Assembly (NCBI GenBank): GCA_963850305.1
Contig: CAWKKR010000007.1
Coordinates: 1-64,000, forward strand
Direction of reading: 5' to 3'
From: an uncultured delta proteobacterium
GTDB lineage: Bacteria; Myxococcota_A; Polyangia; Polyangiales; Polyangiaceae
DNA: 64,000 bases
Positions 53,531 through 63,858 of this stretch are shown one piece after another. Each line of letters begins with the position of its first letter. Position 1 is the stretch's first letter. The translations under genes were made by a program, and so were the position numbers. The notes below the pieces were generated by a model. The model was not told the DNA's origin and made no database searches. It saw only the letters and a program-made list of their open reading frames with translations.

Positions 53531-53650
53531 GGTGCGGCGGACAATAACCCGATCGTCGGGCCCGCGGCGTGGCGAAGTGATCGCCCCTGGGGGGTAGCTG
53601 AAACGCGGGGTCGACCCGGGCGATCTCCGGGGCTAATACGAAGCGCCGCC

Positions 53651-54949
53651 ATGTCCATCGGTGTCGACACGACGACGGCGCGCCGCGTGCGCCGGTCTCC
53701 CGAAGAAACCGCGAGAGAGCTGGAACGAGCGCTCCGCACCCGCGGCACCCGTCGGTGGACGGGTCGTCTATCGATTCTCGGCGGGCTCGCCCTCGCGGGC
53801 TGGGGCGGTCACGCCTACTACGAGCGCCACGAGCCGGCGCCCCTGCCGAGATTCATCACCGAAAAGATCGCCCGTCACGACATCTCGGAGGAAGTGCTCT
53901 CGACGGGTAAGGTGAAGCCACTGAAGGAAGTGCAGGTCGGAGCGCAGGTTTCCGGCCGCGTCGTCTCCGTCTCGGTCGACTTCAACAGTCCGGTGAAGAA
54001 AGGAGAGCAGCTCGCGGAAATCGATCCGCGCGTCTTTGGCGCGCAGGTGAGTCAGACACGCGCGCAGATCGACGCCGCGAAGGCGCAGGTCGACCGGGCC
54101 CAGGCGAGCCTCGCGGTCTCTGAAACGTTGCTCGCGCGGATAGAGCGGCTTCAAAAGGACAACCTGTCCACGCGCGCGGAGCTCGACCAGGCGGTGGGCA
54201 ACCGGAACGTCGCGAAGGCGGACGTGGCCGCGGCCCAGGCGCAGCTCGCGACGCTCGTCGCGCAGCTCGCCAGTGTCCGCACGACTCTCCAGTACACGAG
54301 GATCCTGTCTCCAATCGACGGCATCGTCATCACCCGGTCGATCGATCCCGGGCAGACCGTCGCAGCCAGCTTTGCGGCGCCCGTGCTGTTCGTCATCGCG
54401 CCGGACCTGCGGCAGATGCAGGTGCTCGCCGACATCGACGAGGCCGACGTCGGCAAGGTGAAGCAGGGTATGACGGGGGACGTCGTGGTGGACGCGTTCC
54501 CCGGCGAGACGTTCGAGGGCAAGGTCACGCAGATCCGCTACAGCCCGAACGAAGTGCAGGGCGTCGTGACCTATTCCGCCGTCATCGACGTCGCGAACCC
54601 GGACATGAAGCTCCGTCCCGGCATGACCGCGACCGTGACACTCGAGACGCGCCGCGCGCACGACGTGCCGGCGCTGCCCAACGCCGCGCTGCGGTTCCGC
54701 CCGACCCAGCTCGACCCGTCGGGAGGCGCCGCGCCTGCGACCCAGGTGTTCGGCGCCGAGCTCAAGGCGGGAGAGGGCCGGGTCTACGTCCCTTCGGCGG
54801 ACGCGAACGAAGCGACGGAAAAGGTCGTGGACATTGGCATCACGGACGGCCGCTTCACGGAGTTGAGGAGCGGGCTAGCCGCCGGCGCGGCGGTCGTCAT
54901 CGACCAGCGCGACGCGAAGCGCCCCGACAAATTCCTCGGTATCTTCTGA
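53651..54949 (+). CDS. MacA-like periplasmic adaptor subunit
   Basis: VGAQVSG, coiled coil, SPIDGIV, GQTVAASF, IDEADVG, LRPGMTA. Confidence 0.93.
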   Translation: MSIGVDTTTARRVRRSPEETARELERALRTRGTRRWTGRLSILGGLALAGWGGHAYYERHEPAPLPRFITEKIARHDISEEVLSTGKVKPLKEVQVGAQVSGRVVSVSVDFNSPVKKGEQLAEIDPRVFGAQVSQTRAQIDAAKAQVDRAQASLAVSETLLARIERLQKDNLSTRAELDQAVGNRNVAKADVAAAQAQLATLVAQLASVRTTLQYTRILSPIDGIVITRSIDPGQTVAASFAAPVLFVIAPDLRQMQVLADIDEADVGKVKQGMTGDVVVDAFPGETFEGKVTQIRYSPNEVQGVVTYSAVIDVANPDMKLRPGMTATVTLETRRAHDVPALPNAALRFRPTQLDPSGGAAPATQVFGAELKAGEGRVYVPSADANEATEKVVDIGITDGRFTELRSGLAAGAAVVIDQRDAKRPDKFLGIF

Positions 54950-54951
54950 CC

Positions 54952-55707
54952 ATGTCGCCGAAAGCGTTCGACGATGGAGAGCGCTCGCTGGTCGAACTCG
55001 ACCACATCGAGAAGGATTACGTCAGCGGTCCCGAGGTCGTGCACGCGCTCTGCGACGTGAACCTCCGCGTCCTCCCGGGCGAGTTCGTCGCGATCGTGGG
55101 CGCGAGCGGCTCCGGCAAGAGCACCCTGATGAATCTGCTCGGCTGTCTGGACCGTCCGACGCGCGGCACCTATCGCCTCGCCGGGGTCGACGTCACGGAG
55201 CGCACGTCGGACGAGCGTGCGCTCGTCCGCAATCGGCTCATCGGCTTCGTGTTCCAGGGATTCAACCTGTTGCCCCGGACAACCGCGCTCGAGAACGTGG
55301 AGCTGCCGCTCGTGTATCGCGGAGTGTCCCTTCGCGAGCGCCGCCGGCGCGCCGAGCGTGCGCTCTCCCAGGTGGGGCTCCGTGACCGTGCGGGGCACAC
55401 ACCGAGCCAGCTCTCCGGCGGACAGCAGCAGCGCGTGGCGATCGCGCGGGCGCTCGTCACCGAGCCGCCGCTCCTCCTCGCGGACGAACCGACGGGCAAT
55501 CTCGACACGAAGACGAGTCTCGACATCCTCGGTATCCTGCAGCGCCTCGTGTTCGACGAGGGGATGACGCTCGCGCTCGTGACGCATGAGCCGGACATCG
55601 CGGCGTGCGCGACGCGCATCGTGACCGTTCGCGACGGACGCATCGCAGAAGACGCGCCGAACACCGCGTTCAACGACGTACGCGGCGAGATCCGTGAGTC
55701 TGCATGA
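54952..55707 (+). CDS. ABC transporter ATP-binding protein (MacB/LolD-like)
   Basis: GASGSGKST, LSGGQQQR, LADEPTGNLD. Confidence 0.96.
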   Translation: MSPKAFDDGERSLVELDHIEKDYVSGPEVVHALCDVNLRVLPGEFVAIVGASGSGKSTLMNLLGCLDRPTRGTYRLAGVDVTERTSDERALVRNRLIGFVFQGFNLLPRTTALENVELPLVYRGVSLRERRRRAERALSQVGLRDRAGHTPSQLSGGQQQRVAIARALVTEPPLLLADEPTGNLDTKTSLDILGILQRLVFDEGMTLALVTHEPDIAACATRIVTVRDGRIAEDAPNTAFNDVRGEIRESA

Positions 55708-56924
55708 TTCTCGCGTCGGTTCGGCTCGCGCTCCGCTCCCTCTACCGCGCCAAGCTCAGGTCCGCGCTCACGATCCTCGGGATCCTGGTCGGGATCGCGT
55801 CGGTCGTCATCGTGGCGGCGCTCGGCGAAGGCGCGAGCGGGCGCATTGGCGGCAGCATCCAGAGCCTCGGGTCGAACGTCGTGTACGTCTTCGAGCGTCC
55901 CATCGCACTGAGCGGAGCGCGGAAGAGACTGGGCGGCGTCGTCGGCCTTCGCGACGCGGACGCGGAAGCACTGCGCCGCGAGGGAGGATCCATCGCGGGC
56001 GTCACGGTCTACTCGAGCAAGGACGCGCAGGTGACGACCGCATTCGCGAACGGCAAGACGTCGATCGTCGGCACGGACCTCTCTTATTTTCCGGTCCGCG
56101 GCTTCGAGCTCGCGCGCGGACGCCGCTGGTCGCTCCTCGAAGAGCGGGCGAAGGCCCGGGTATGTCTCATCGGGCCGAGCGCCGAGGCGAAGCTCTTCGG
56201 GGCCGCCGACCCGATCGGTCGCACACTCCGCATCGGAAGGTACCCTTACCTCGTCATCGGCACCCTCGCCTCGAAGGGCCAGTCCCCCTTCGGGATCGAT
56301 CAGGACGATCGCATCTTGATGCCCGTGGGCACGTGGCGATCCCACGTCTCGCAGACCGAGAACGGCCGCGTGCAGATGATCATGGCGTCCGCGAAGAGCT
56401 TCGAACGCGCGGGCCAGGCCGTGACCGAGATGGAGAGCATCCTGCGCCAGCGGCACCACGTCCCCGACGGCGCGGAGCCGGACTTCGTCGTCCGGAGCCA
56501 GGAGCAGTTCCGTCAGATGCAGGAGCGCATCGTGAAGGTGCTGTCCGTTCTGCTCCTCAGCGTCGCCGCGGTCTCGCTGTTCGTCGGCGGCGTGGGCGTC
56601 ATGAACATCATGCTCGTCACCGTGACGGAGCGCCGTCGCGAGATCGGCATTCGAATGGCCCTCGGCGCCGAGCCGCGCGACATAGAGCTCCAGTTCCTGG
56701 TCGAGGCGATCACGCTGACGTTCGCGGGGGGTGCCCTCGGGCTCCTCGTGGCGCTCGTGCTCGTCGGCGCCGCCCGGTACGGGCTGGGGTGGTCGATGCG
56801 CGTCGATGCAGCGACCGTCGTCGTCGCGTTCGCCACGAGCGTCGCGGTGGGGTTCCTGTTCGGCTTTCTTCCGGCCCGACGAGCCGCGAGCGTCGAACCG
56901 ATGGAGGCGCTGCGCCATGAGTAG
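55704..56924 (+). CDS. MacB/FtsX-type ABC permease 1
   Basis: RSALTILGI, GGVGVMNIMLVTVTERRREIGIRMALGA. Confidence 0.95.
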   Translation: MILASVRLALRSLYRAKLRSALTILGILVGIASVVIVAALGEGASGRIGGSIQSLGSNVVYVFERPIALSGARKRLGGVVGLRDADAEALRREGGSIAGVTVYSSKDAQVTTAFANGKTSIVGTDLSYFPVRGFELARGRRWSLLEERAKARVCLIGPSAEAKLFGAADPIGRTLRIGRYPYLVIGTLASKGQSPFGIDQDDRILMPVGTWRSHVSQTENGRVQMIMASAKSFERAGQAVTEMESILRQRHHVPDGAEPDFVVRSQEQFRQMQERIVKVLSVLLLSVAAVSLFVGGVGVMNIMLVTVTERRREIGIRMALGAEPRDIELQFLVEAITLTFAGGALGLLVALVLVGAARYGLGWSMRVDAATVVVAFATSVAVGFLFGFLPARRAASVEPMEALRHE

Positions 56925-58188
56925 TCCCGCATCGACGAGCACGTCGTCCCCGAAGGCTTGGGTCACGGGCTTCATCTGGACGGCGATCCCGCTCGCGTTC
57001 GCGGCGATCCGTCGGAGGCCCGCCCGGTCGGCGCTCACGGCGTTCGGAATTCTCGTCGGCGTCGCGGCGGTGACGGTCGTCGTCGCGATGGCGGAAGGCG
57101 CCTCCGCGGTCGTCTCGAATGCCATCGACGCGCTCGGCACGAACTCGTTGACGGTCGAACCCCGGCCGTCGTCGAAGAGCGGCCTCCGCGACGAAGATCG
57201 TCCGTCCGAGCTCGACGAAGACGACGCGAAGGCCCTGCCCATCGACGTTCCCGCGGTGGAGAGCGCTGCCCCCATGATCTCCTCGGTCCAGCAGGTCGTG
57301 ATGGGCGGTGCCAACGTCTCCACTGCCGTGGTGGGCACCACGCGGGACTTCTTCGGGATCCGGAACTGGAAGACCGGTCTCGGTGACGTCTGGACGAAGC
57401 CTGCGGAAACCAATCGCGAGCGCGTGTGCCTGCTCGGCGAGACCGTTCGTGGTGCGCTGTTCGGTCCCGAAGATCCGCTCGGAAGGAGCGTGCGCATCGG
57501 GAAATTCACGTTCCGGGTCGTCGGCGTGCTCGCGAAGAAGGGGGAGAGCCCCTTCGGCGGCGATCAAGACGACGTGATCATGATGCCGCTATCCACGCTG
57601 ACGTCGAAGCTCGTTCGTGCGCGCCCCGGGCAGGTCCAGCGCATCATGGTGTCCGCGAAGAGCGCGGATCTCGTGGACGACGCGACTCGCAGCATCACGG
57701 CGGTCCTCCGCCAGCGGCACCATCTTCTCGACGATGCGCCGAACGACTTCGAGATCCGGAGCCAGGAGGAGTTCCGTCGAACGCAGGATGCGGTGCTCGG
57801 CGTGCTGCAGCTACTCCTGCTCGGCATCGCAGCGGTGAGTCTCGCGGTGGGCGGCATCGGCGTCATGAACATCATGCTCGTGTCGGTCGCGGAGCGGACC
57901 CGCGAGATCGGCGTGCGGCTCGCGCTCGGCGCACGCGCGGCGGACATCCGCGCCCAGTTTCTGATTGAAGCCGTGGTACTCACGCTGCTCGGCGGCCTCG
58001 GGGGCGCGGTCGTGGCCGCCGGCGGCGTGCTCGCGCTGCGTCGGTTGCTCGAGCTGCCGATGCACGTCTCGCTCAGGGCACTCGGCGTTGCCATCGTCAC
58101 GAGCACGGTCATCGGTTTGACTTTCGGTTTCCTGCCAGCTCGCCGCGCCGCCGAGCTCGACCCGATCGAGGCGCTGAGAATGGATTGA
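56917..58188 (+). CDS. MacB/FtsX-type ABC permease 2
   Basis: RSALTAFGI, GGIGVMNIMLVSVAERTREIG; ATG overlaps the end of the previous gene. Confidence 0.95.
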   Translation: MSSPASTSTSSPKAWVTGFIWTAIPLAFAAIRRRPARSALTAFGILVGVAAVTVVVAMAEGASAVVSNAIDALGTNSLTVEPRPSSKSGLRDEDRPSELDEDDAKALPIDVPAVESAAPMISSVQQVVMGGANVSTAVVGTTRDFFGIRNWKTGLGDVWTKPAETNRERVCLLGETVRGALFGPEDPLGRSVRIGKFTFRVVGVLAKKGESPFGGDQDDVIMMPLSTLTSKLVRARPGQVQRIMVSAKSADLVDDATRSITAVLRQRHHLLDDAPNDFEIRSQEEFRRTQDAVLGVLQLLLLGIAAVSLAVGGIGVMNIMLVSVAERTREIGVRLALGARAADIRAQFLIEAVVLTLLGGLGGAVVAAGGVLALRRLLELPMHVSLRALGVAIVTSTVIGLTFGFLPARRAAELDPIEALRMD

Positions 58189-58399
58189 TCCTCCCGAGGC
58201 TCGACCCTCGCCGGGGACGTCGGGGGGAGTGCCGTCGGGAAGTCTCGATCGTGCGGGAACGGACATCGTGACGAAACAGTGAATCGTCAGATGGCTTGTT
58301 TTATTGGGCTTTGGCACGGGTTCGTCACAAAAAGTCTTTGCGCGAGACAGCTTCCATGTTTTGCTGCACTGCGTAACCCTTAACTGGAGGTTAACTTCA

Positions 58400-58723
58400 A
58401 TGGTCCGATTGAAATCAGGGTCGGTTCTCATTCTTGCCCTCGCGACGGCTTCTGCGGCTGCATGCAGCAGCAGTAAAAAGAGCCCTGCGACCACGGATGC
58501 AGGCCACACGGACTCGGGGGCCGGCGGCAGTGCCGCGGGCGGTTCGGGTACGGGCGGTGCGGCGACCGGCGGCAGCGGGACCGGCGGCGCAGCGACCGGC
58601 GGCGCGGGTGGCGCGGCAACTGGCGGCAAGCCCGCCGATTCCGGCACGGACGCGAAGGCGGACGCGGGCTCCTTGGACGCCGGTCCGCTCGATGCGGGCT
58701 CGGACGCTCACGACGCCCACTGA
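58400..58723 (+). CDS. Small Gly/Ala-rich disordered lipoprotein
   Basis: GGAGG RBS, lipobox AAAC, GGxxT and LDAG repeats; terminator-like hairpin downstream. Confidence 0.75.
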   Translation: MVRLKSGSVLILALATASAAACSSSKKSPATTDAGHTDSGAGGSAAGGSGTGGAATGGSGTGGAATGGAGGAATGGKPADSGTDAKADAGSLDAGPLDAGSDAHDAH

Positions 58724-58745
58724 ACCGAGACACGCAGTGTGATCG

Positions 58746-58774
58746 GAAGGCCGCCGGAAACCCCGGCGGCCTTC
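58746..58774 (+). terminator. Terminator-like hairpin
   Basis: GAAGGCCGCCGG-aaacc-CCGGCGGCCTTC, a 12-bp perfect stem followed by ATCTATTT. Confidence 0.7.
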
Positions 58775-58861
58775 ATCTATTTGGCATCCCGAGGACGCCG
58801 CGGGGAGTCGACTGCAACGCAGGGATTGCCCCCGGCGCGCGAGCCCATTTATAGAGGACGC

Positions 58862-59737
58862 ATGCCCATCGACCCGAAGCTAGCTCTCGGCGCCAAACTC
58901 GACACCGTCGACTCCTCCTGGAATGAAGACAAACTCATCCTCTACGCGCTCGGCGTCGGGGTCGGCATCGGCCAGAACCAGACGGACCCGAAGAGAGTGC
59001 TCCAGTATGCGTACGAGAACGGGCTGAAGGCGCTCCCCACGTACGGCGTGATCCCGATGTTCTCGGCTGTCGGCTCCCTCTTCAATGTGCCGGGGCTCAG
59101 CTTCAACCCGATGATGCTGCTCCACGGAGAGCAGTACACCGAGATCATCGAGCCGCCGCTGCCGCTCGCCGCGGACGTCGTGACCGAGGGCACGCTCAGC
59201 GGCATCTTCGACAAGGGCAAGGGCGCGCTCGTCACGATCGATTTCATCACGCGCGACAAGAAGAGCGGCAAGGCGCTCATCAAGAACGTGATGGGAGCGT
59301 TCATCCGCGGTGAGGGCGGGTTCGGTGGTGACGCGAAGTCACCGGAGCCCGGAAACAACCCGCCCGATCGCGCTCCAGATGCAGTCGTCGAATATCGAAC
59401 GGAGACGCAGCAGGCCCTCCTCTACCGTCTCTCGGGAGACAAGAACCCGCTCCACGTCGATCCGATGATGGCGAAGATGGGCGGCTTCGACGTGCCCATT
59501 CTTCACGGGCTGTGTTCGTTCGGCAACCTCGGCCGCGCCGTCCTGGAGGCATTCACCGACAACACGCCCGAACGGTTCAAGTCGATCCAGGTGCGGTTCT
59601 CGAAACCCGTGTTTCCCGGCGAGACCATCGTGTCGCAGATGTGGAAAGTGAGCGACACGGAGATTGTCTGCAAGGCACGAGTGAAGGAGCGCGATCTCGA
59701 CGTCATCACGAACGCGAAGGTCGTGCTGACGAAGTAG
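58862..59737 (+). CDS. MaoC-like double-hotdog (R)-enoyl-CoA hydratase (MFE-2 type)
   Basis: LYALGVG, LHGEQ, YRLSGDKNPLHVDP, ILHGLCS. Confidence 0.93.
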   Translation: MPIDPKLALGAKLDTVDSSWNEDKLILYALGVGVGIGQNQTDPKRVLQYAYENGLKALPTYGVIPMFSAVGSLFNVPGLSFNPMMLLHGEQYTEIIEPPLPLAADVVTEGTLSGIFDKGKGALVTIDFITRDKKSGKALIKNVMGAFIRGEGGFGGDAKSPEPGNNPPDRAPDAVVEYRTETQQALLYRLSGDKNPLHVDPMMAKMGGFDVPILHGLCSFGNLGRAVLEAFTDNTPERFKSIQVRFSKPVFPGETIVSQMWKVSDTEIVCKARVKERDLDVITNAKVVLTK

Positions 59738-59789
59738 TTTCGCATCGACGCGCGCGTCGTCCCCGAGAGATCAAAGAGGTGCGGAACTA

Positions 59790-59875
59790 CGCGAGCGGAG
59801 CGAGCCCGCCGAAGGCGGCGGGGGAGCGGTCGCGCAGCGAGCCGCGGGGGCAAGGCAGGCAAGGCCCCCTTGCCT
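59790..59875. repeat. GC-rich palindromic intergenic element (REP-like) between convergent genes
   Basis: Hairpins CCGCC-gaa-GGCGG and GGCAAGG...CCTTGCC, plus GCGAGC repeats; only one copy seen in this window. Confidence 0.35.
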
Positions 59876-59912
59876 AATAGCTCTGACGACGGATGAGCGC
59901 CGCGGGACGGGT

Positions 59913-60818
59913 TTATTTGATCCCGAGAAGCTCGATGTCGAACACCAGTGTTCCGGCGGGCGCGCCGGGACGCGTGGGCTTATCACCGTAGGCGAGAGTG
60001 CCCGGGATCCAGAGACGGGCTTTCTCGCCCACCTTCATGAGCTGAACGCCTTCCGTCCAGCCCTTGATGACCTGGTTCAGCTTGAACGCGATCGGCTGGC
60101 CCCGCATGACGGAGCTGTCGAACAGCTTGCCGTCGGTCGTCCAGCCCGAGTAATGCACGAGCACCGTGTCCGTCGCTTTCGGCTGCGGTCCGGTCCCCGC
60201 CTTCAGCACGCGATACGCGAGGCCACTCTTGGTTTTCTTCGCCGTCGCGGGTGCGGCCTTCACGTCCTCGGGCACAGGGGGCGGCTCTGGTGCCTTCATG
60301 ATCGCGAGGAGCTGCACGTCGAACGTGAGGTCCCCAGCGGGTGCGCCCCCGCGTGGCTGCGAGCCGTACGCGAGCGACGCGGGGATCCACACGCGGCGCT
60401 TCTCCCCGACGACCATGAGCTGCAGCGCCTCGGTCCAGCCCGGGATGACGTGTCCGACGCCGAACGTCGCAGGCTGGCCGCGTGCGACGGAGCTATCGAA
60501 CATCTCGCCGTTCTTCGTCCAGCCGGTGTAGTGCACGCGCACGTGATCCTGCACCCGCGGGTGCTCGGTGCCCGTTCCGGGCGTGAGCACTTTCGTCACG
60601 AGGCCGGTTGCGGTCTTCGTCGCATCCGCCGGCGGTGTCGCGACGTCCGGGGGCGCGGGGATCGTCTTCAGGAGCACGCCTTGCGGACCCGGTGTCGCCG
60701 AGGCTGCCGGGCGCGCCGCCGCGGAGGGTGCTGGTACCGGAGCGGGTTGTCCCTTCGATTTGCAAGCCGTGAAGGCGAAGCCGATGGAGACGAGCAAACC
60801 GAGGGAGGTGAGGCGCAT
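59913..60818 (-). CDS. Lipoprotein with two FKBP-type PPIase domains
   Basis: Two copies of VHYxGW...FDSS...VIxGWTE...YG...LxFDxxLL; lipobox FTAC. Confidence 0.95.
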   Translation of the reverse strand: MRLTSLGLLVSIGFAFTACKSKGQPAPVPAPSAAARPAASATPGPQGVLLKTIPAPPDVATPPADATKTATGLVTKVLTPGTGTEHPRVQDHVRVHYTGWTKNGEMFDSSVARGQPATFGVGHVIPGWTEALQLMVVGEKRRVWIPASLAYGSQPRGGAPAGDLTFDVQLLAIMKAPEPPPVPEDVKAAPATAKKTKSGLAYRVLKAGTGPQPKATDTVLVHYSGWTTDGKLFDSSVMRGQPIAFKLNQVIKGWTEGVQLMKVGEKARLWIPGTLAYGDKPTRPGAPAGTLVFDIELLGIK

Positions 60819-60880
60819 GGGGCCCGCATCCTTTCAGACGAGGGTGGAGCGACGCAACAGGGACGTGTAGGCTTTTCGCC

Positions 60881-61804
60881 GTGAAGCGGTGGCGATTCCC
60901 CATCCTGATCGCGATCTGTGGAGCCGCTGCCCTCGTCCTTGCCGGAGGTTGCAAGAAGGGCTCGAAGAGCGCCTCGGCGTCCAGCCCGGGACCGTCGGCT
61001 TCAACGCCGAGCGAACCCGCGACGGTCCAGTTCGTGGAGATGCCGGCAGCGATCGGGTCCAAGTTTCGCGACGTCCGCAAGAGCACACTCAAGCTGAGCG
61101 TCGAGTTCTGGCAAGGCAACGACAATCTCGGATCGAACGACTCGTCCCGCGCGGAAGACTATTCGCGCACCTTCGAGGTCGCCGGCCTCGTCGGCGGCGA
61201 TCCCGCGAAGGGGACACTTCATTACGACCATTACCACCTGAGCGAGATCCGCGCCGAACAACCTCCGCACACCGATTCGAGCGTCGAAGGCAAGACGTAC
61301 CTGCTCGACATCACGAGCGGCAAGCTCGTGGTCGCGGCTCCTGATGGCAAACCAGTGCCGCCCGATGAGCGGGAGACGATCGAGCGTCTGCATGCCGACT
61401 TCGGCCAGGACGATCCTGTCGTCGCTGCGCTCGGAACCTTGCCGATCCCCGTCGGCAAGTACGGGCCGCTGCGGGAGCCGCTCTTCCGTGCGCTCTCGGG
61501 GATGGGTTCGCAGGGAGCCTTCAAGAACGGCAATGTCGTCATCTCCGGCGTAAAGAAAGAAGCCGGCCAGGACGCCGCCGTGATCGACTGGACCGCGGAG
61601 ATGACGACGGATCAGGACAACGGGCTCACCATCTCCTGGCATCTGAAGGGCACCACGGTGGTCGGACTCGAGCCGGCCCGCACCCTCTCCATGACGATGA
61701 GCGGCGACCTCGACGCCACCGGGCAGACGAAGAAAGACGGGGCTCGGGTGCAGCTGGCGGGCGCCGGTACCGTCACCGACGATCGCACGATCACGCCGCT
61801 CTGA
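60881..61804 (+). CDS. Hypothetical beta-rich lipoprotein
   Basis: Signal with AGGC-KK and a Ser/Pro linker. Confidence 0.75.
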   Translation: MKRWRFPILIAICGAAALVLAGGCKKGSKSASASSPGPSASTPSEPATVQFVEMPAAIGSKFRDVRKSTLKLSVEFWQGNDNLGSNDSSRAEDYSRTFEVAGLVGGDPAKGTLHYDHYHLSEIRAEQPPHTDSSVEGKTYLLDITSGKLVVAAPDGKPVPPDERETIERLHADFGQDDPVVAALGTLPIPVGKYGPLREPLFRALSGMGSQGAFKNGNVVISGVKKEAGQDAAVIDWTAEMTTDQDNGLTISWHLKGTTVVGLEPARTLSMTMSGDLDATGQTKKDGARVQLAGAGTVTDDRTITPL

Positions 61805-62683
61805 GTTTCATCCGTCCGAGTAGAAGGGGGAAGGTGTTCGTCGCGTAGCGCCCGAGGACCTGCAATCTTATCCGGATGAGCGCCGCGCGAAACCGATTGA
61901 TGACGACGTCCTTCGGCTCGTAGCGCATCGCCAGCATGCCGCCCGTGACGCGACCCTCGCGGTGCAGGGCGCGATGGGACTGGGTTCCCGGGTAGACGGC
62001 CATCGACAGCACGTCGAAATGAATCGGAGGCAGCGTCGCGAGCGCTTCGAGCTCGTTCTCGATGGCCTCGGCGGTCGCGTCCGGATGGACGATGAGCGAA
62101 TTGAAGGTCGCGACGAAGCCGTGCGCGACGAGTTGCTTGGATCCGCGTGCCGCGGGCTGATCTGCATCGGCGTCGCGTCGGCGACGGGGGCAGGCGGGCC
62201 GTCGCCATTGCGCGTCGTGATCCCGGCAACATCGAGCCATGGCGCCCCTTCGCCCAGCCGACGTGCGAGCTCGGTGACCGGCAATTCGCCGTCATGTCGG
62301 ATCACGGAGTCGAGACCCGGGTGGCGATCGAGCAGCTCGCCTCGAACGAGCGTGGCGACCGGACCGCCGCACGTGATGTGTCCCGCATAGCCGCGGGCAC
62401 GCAGGTACCGGATGAACGCGAGCGCGTCGATCGTGGAATCCGAATCCGGCATCGACAAACCGACGAGCTCCACGCCCCGCGCGAGAATGCGATCCGCGGC
62501 TCGCGGCAGCGAATCCGGGCCGGACAATGGAACGATGAACGCGCCGTGCCCGGCTCCTTCGAGGGCCGCCACCAGGTAGCGCAGACTCAGGTTCTCGCCC
62601 CCGCGCTCCTCACGCCCGACCAGCGCGACTCTCTCGAGGACGACCCCGACGTTTCTCGACCCCACGGAGCCCGACCAACCCAC
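61791..62683 (-). pseudogene. B12-binding radical SAM gene lacking its central SAM domain
   Basis: ENLSLRYLVAAL, HITCGG, DSVIRHDGE and VAGI form the B12-binding region, which joins directly to a C-terminal part with YPGT. No CxxxCxxC is present. Confidence 0.75.
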
Positions 62684-62789
62684 TCATCGAAACAGAATAT
62701 CGGATTGCTTTCGGTAAAGCGATGTTGCTCGGTAGTCTGCCTTCTGCGCGCCCTGGCGGACCCGGTCGCTTGTGAGGCATCCTACGGTC

Positions 62790-63035
62790 ATGCCTGCGCC
62801 CGCGATCCCGACGTCGCCGATTCCGAGCGCCCCGTTCGACGACCTCGACCTCGACGTGGATGCCGATCGTCGGGAATGGACTCAACGCATCGAAGATCTC
62901 GCCGCAGCCCGCCTCGCAGCGGCCCGCGCTCGGCTCGAGCGCCTCGGCATCGTCGACAAGGATGGGAAGCTGATATCGAGCGAACTACCCGCCGACATGC
63001 TCCCCGATTCGGATACGACGCTCGAGACCGGCTGA
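62790..63035 (+). CDS. Small acidic protein, possible antitoxin partner
   Basis: LERLGIVDKDGKL; stop is 6 bp before the P-loop fragment. Confidence 0.6.
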   Translation: MPAPAIPTSPIPSAPFDDLDLDVDADRREWTQRIEDLAAARLAAARARLERLGIVDKDGKLISSELPADMLPDSDTTLETG

Positions 63036-63041
63036 GCACGG

Positions 63042-63105
63042 ATGGCGCGCCCGCGCATGATCGTCGTTGCCGGTCCTCCCGGCAGCGGCAAGTCCACCTA
63101 CTTCC
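63042..63105 (+). pseudogene. N-terminal stub of a zeta-toxin-like P-loop kinase
   Basis: MARPRMIVVAGPPGSGKSTYFP runs straight into the 3' end of the convergent gene. Confidence 0.7.
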
Positions 63106-63858
63106 CTAGACTTTCCGTTTGGCGTAGGCGACTACCTCCCGGTGTACTTCGCCCTTGGTCAGCCACGAGATGGCGAACGCCTCGATCATCAGGGACTCGG
63201 GAACGAAGATCGGGTGATGGTGACCATGAGCGCGGTAGGCCCAGATGAGGCCGCCCACGATCGCGATCGAACAGACCAGGCAGATGTCGTTCCGAACGTT
63301 CTTCTCCGTAGGACGGTTCCTCCGGCTCGGTACGTTCGACTTCCGAAACAGCCAGAAGGAGAAGAGAAAGAAGCAGACGAACAGAACGATCGCCGAGCCG
63401 TAGTGGATGTTGCCCGTCGTCTCAGTCCACCAAGGTAGCTTCGGCACGGGGTCGGGTGGATCCGTCGGGAAGAAGACGACCCCGAGTGCGGCGAGACCCG
63501 CCACGACGCCCACCCCCTCGTCGACGAAGACCCCCTTGTATCCCCTGTACGTCATGAGGAACAGGCTGAGCGCGAAGATGACTCCGACGAAGAGCCCGAC
63601 CGCCCCCGTGTAGTAGTAGGCGCTCACCGAGTCCAAGCGAACACTCGACGGCAAGTGGTCGGTCGGGCACCAGTCCGCGACCCGCGGGAGGAGGAAGGGA
63701 AGGAAGAGGCCCAGGATCCCGATGATGATGCGGTGCAACCGCTGGGACATGTCCTGATGCCCATCCTGGTGCCCCTCCGGCAGGTGCTTGGCGCGTGCTT
63801 CGGGGTGCAGCGACGGGGCCGGCTGGGACGCGACGTCTCGAGTCACGGCGTCGGACAT
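63106..63858 (-). CDS. Polytopic membrane protein (DUF998-like)
   Basis: IIGILGLFLP, SVSAYYYT, FFPT, IHYGSA, FAISWLTKG. Confidence 0.75.
   Translation of the reverse strand: MSDAVTRDVASQPAPSLHPEARAKHLPEGHQDGHQDMSQRLHRIIIGILGLFLPFLLPRVADWCPTDHLPSSVRLDSVSAYYYTGAVGLFVGVIFALSLFLMTYRGYKGVFVDEGVGVVAGLAALGVVFFPTDPPDPVPKLPWWTETTGNIHYGSAIVLFVCFFLFSFWLFRKSNVPSRRNRPTEKNVRNDICLVCSIAIVGGLIWAYRAHGHHHPIFVPESLMIEAFAISWLTKGEVHREVVAYAKRKV

Noticed and set aside
58310..58330. Sigma-54-like TGGCACG upstream of the small lipoprotein
   Set aside because: The -12 GC element is missing at the required spacing.
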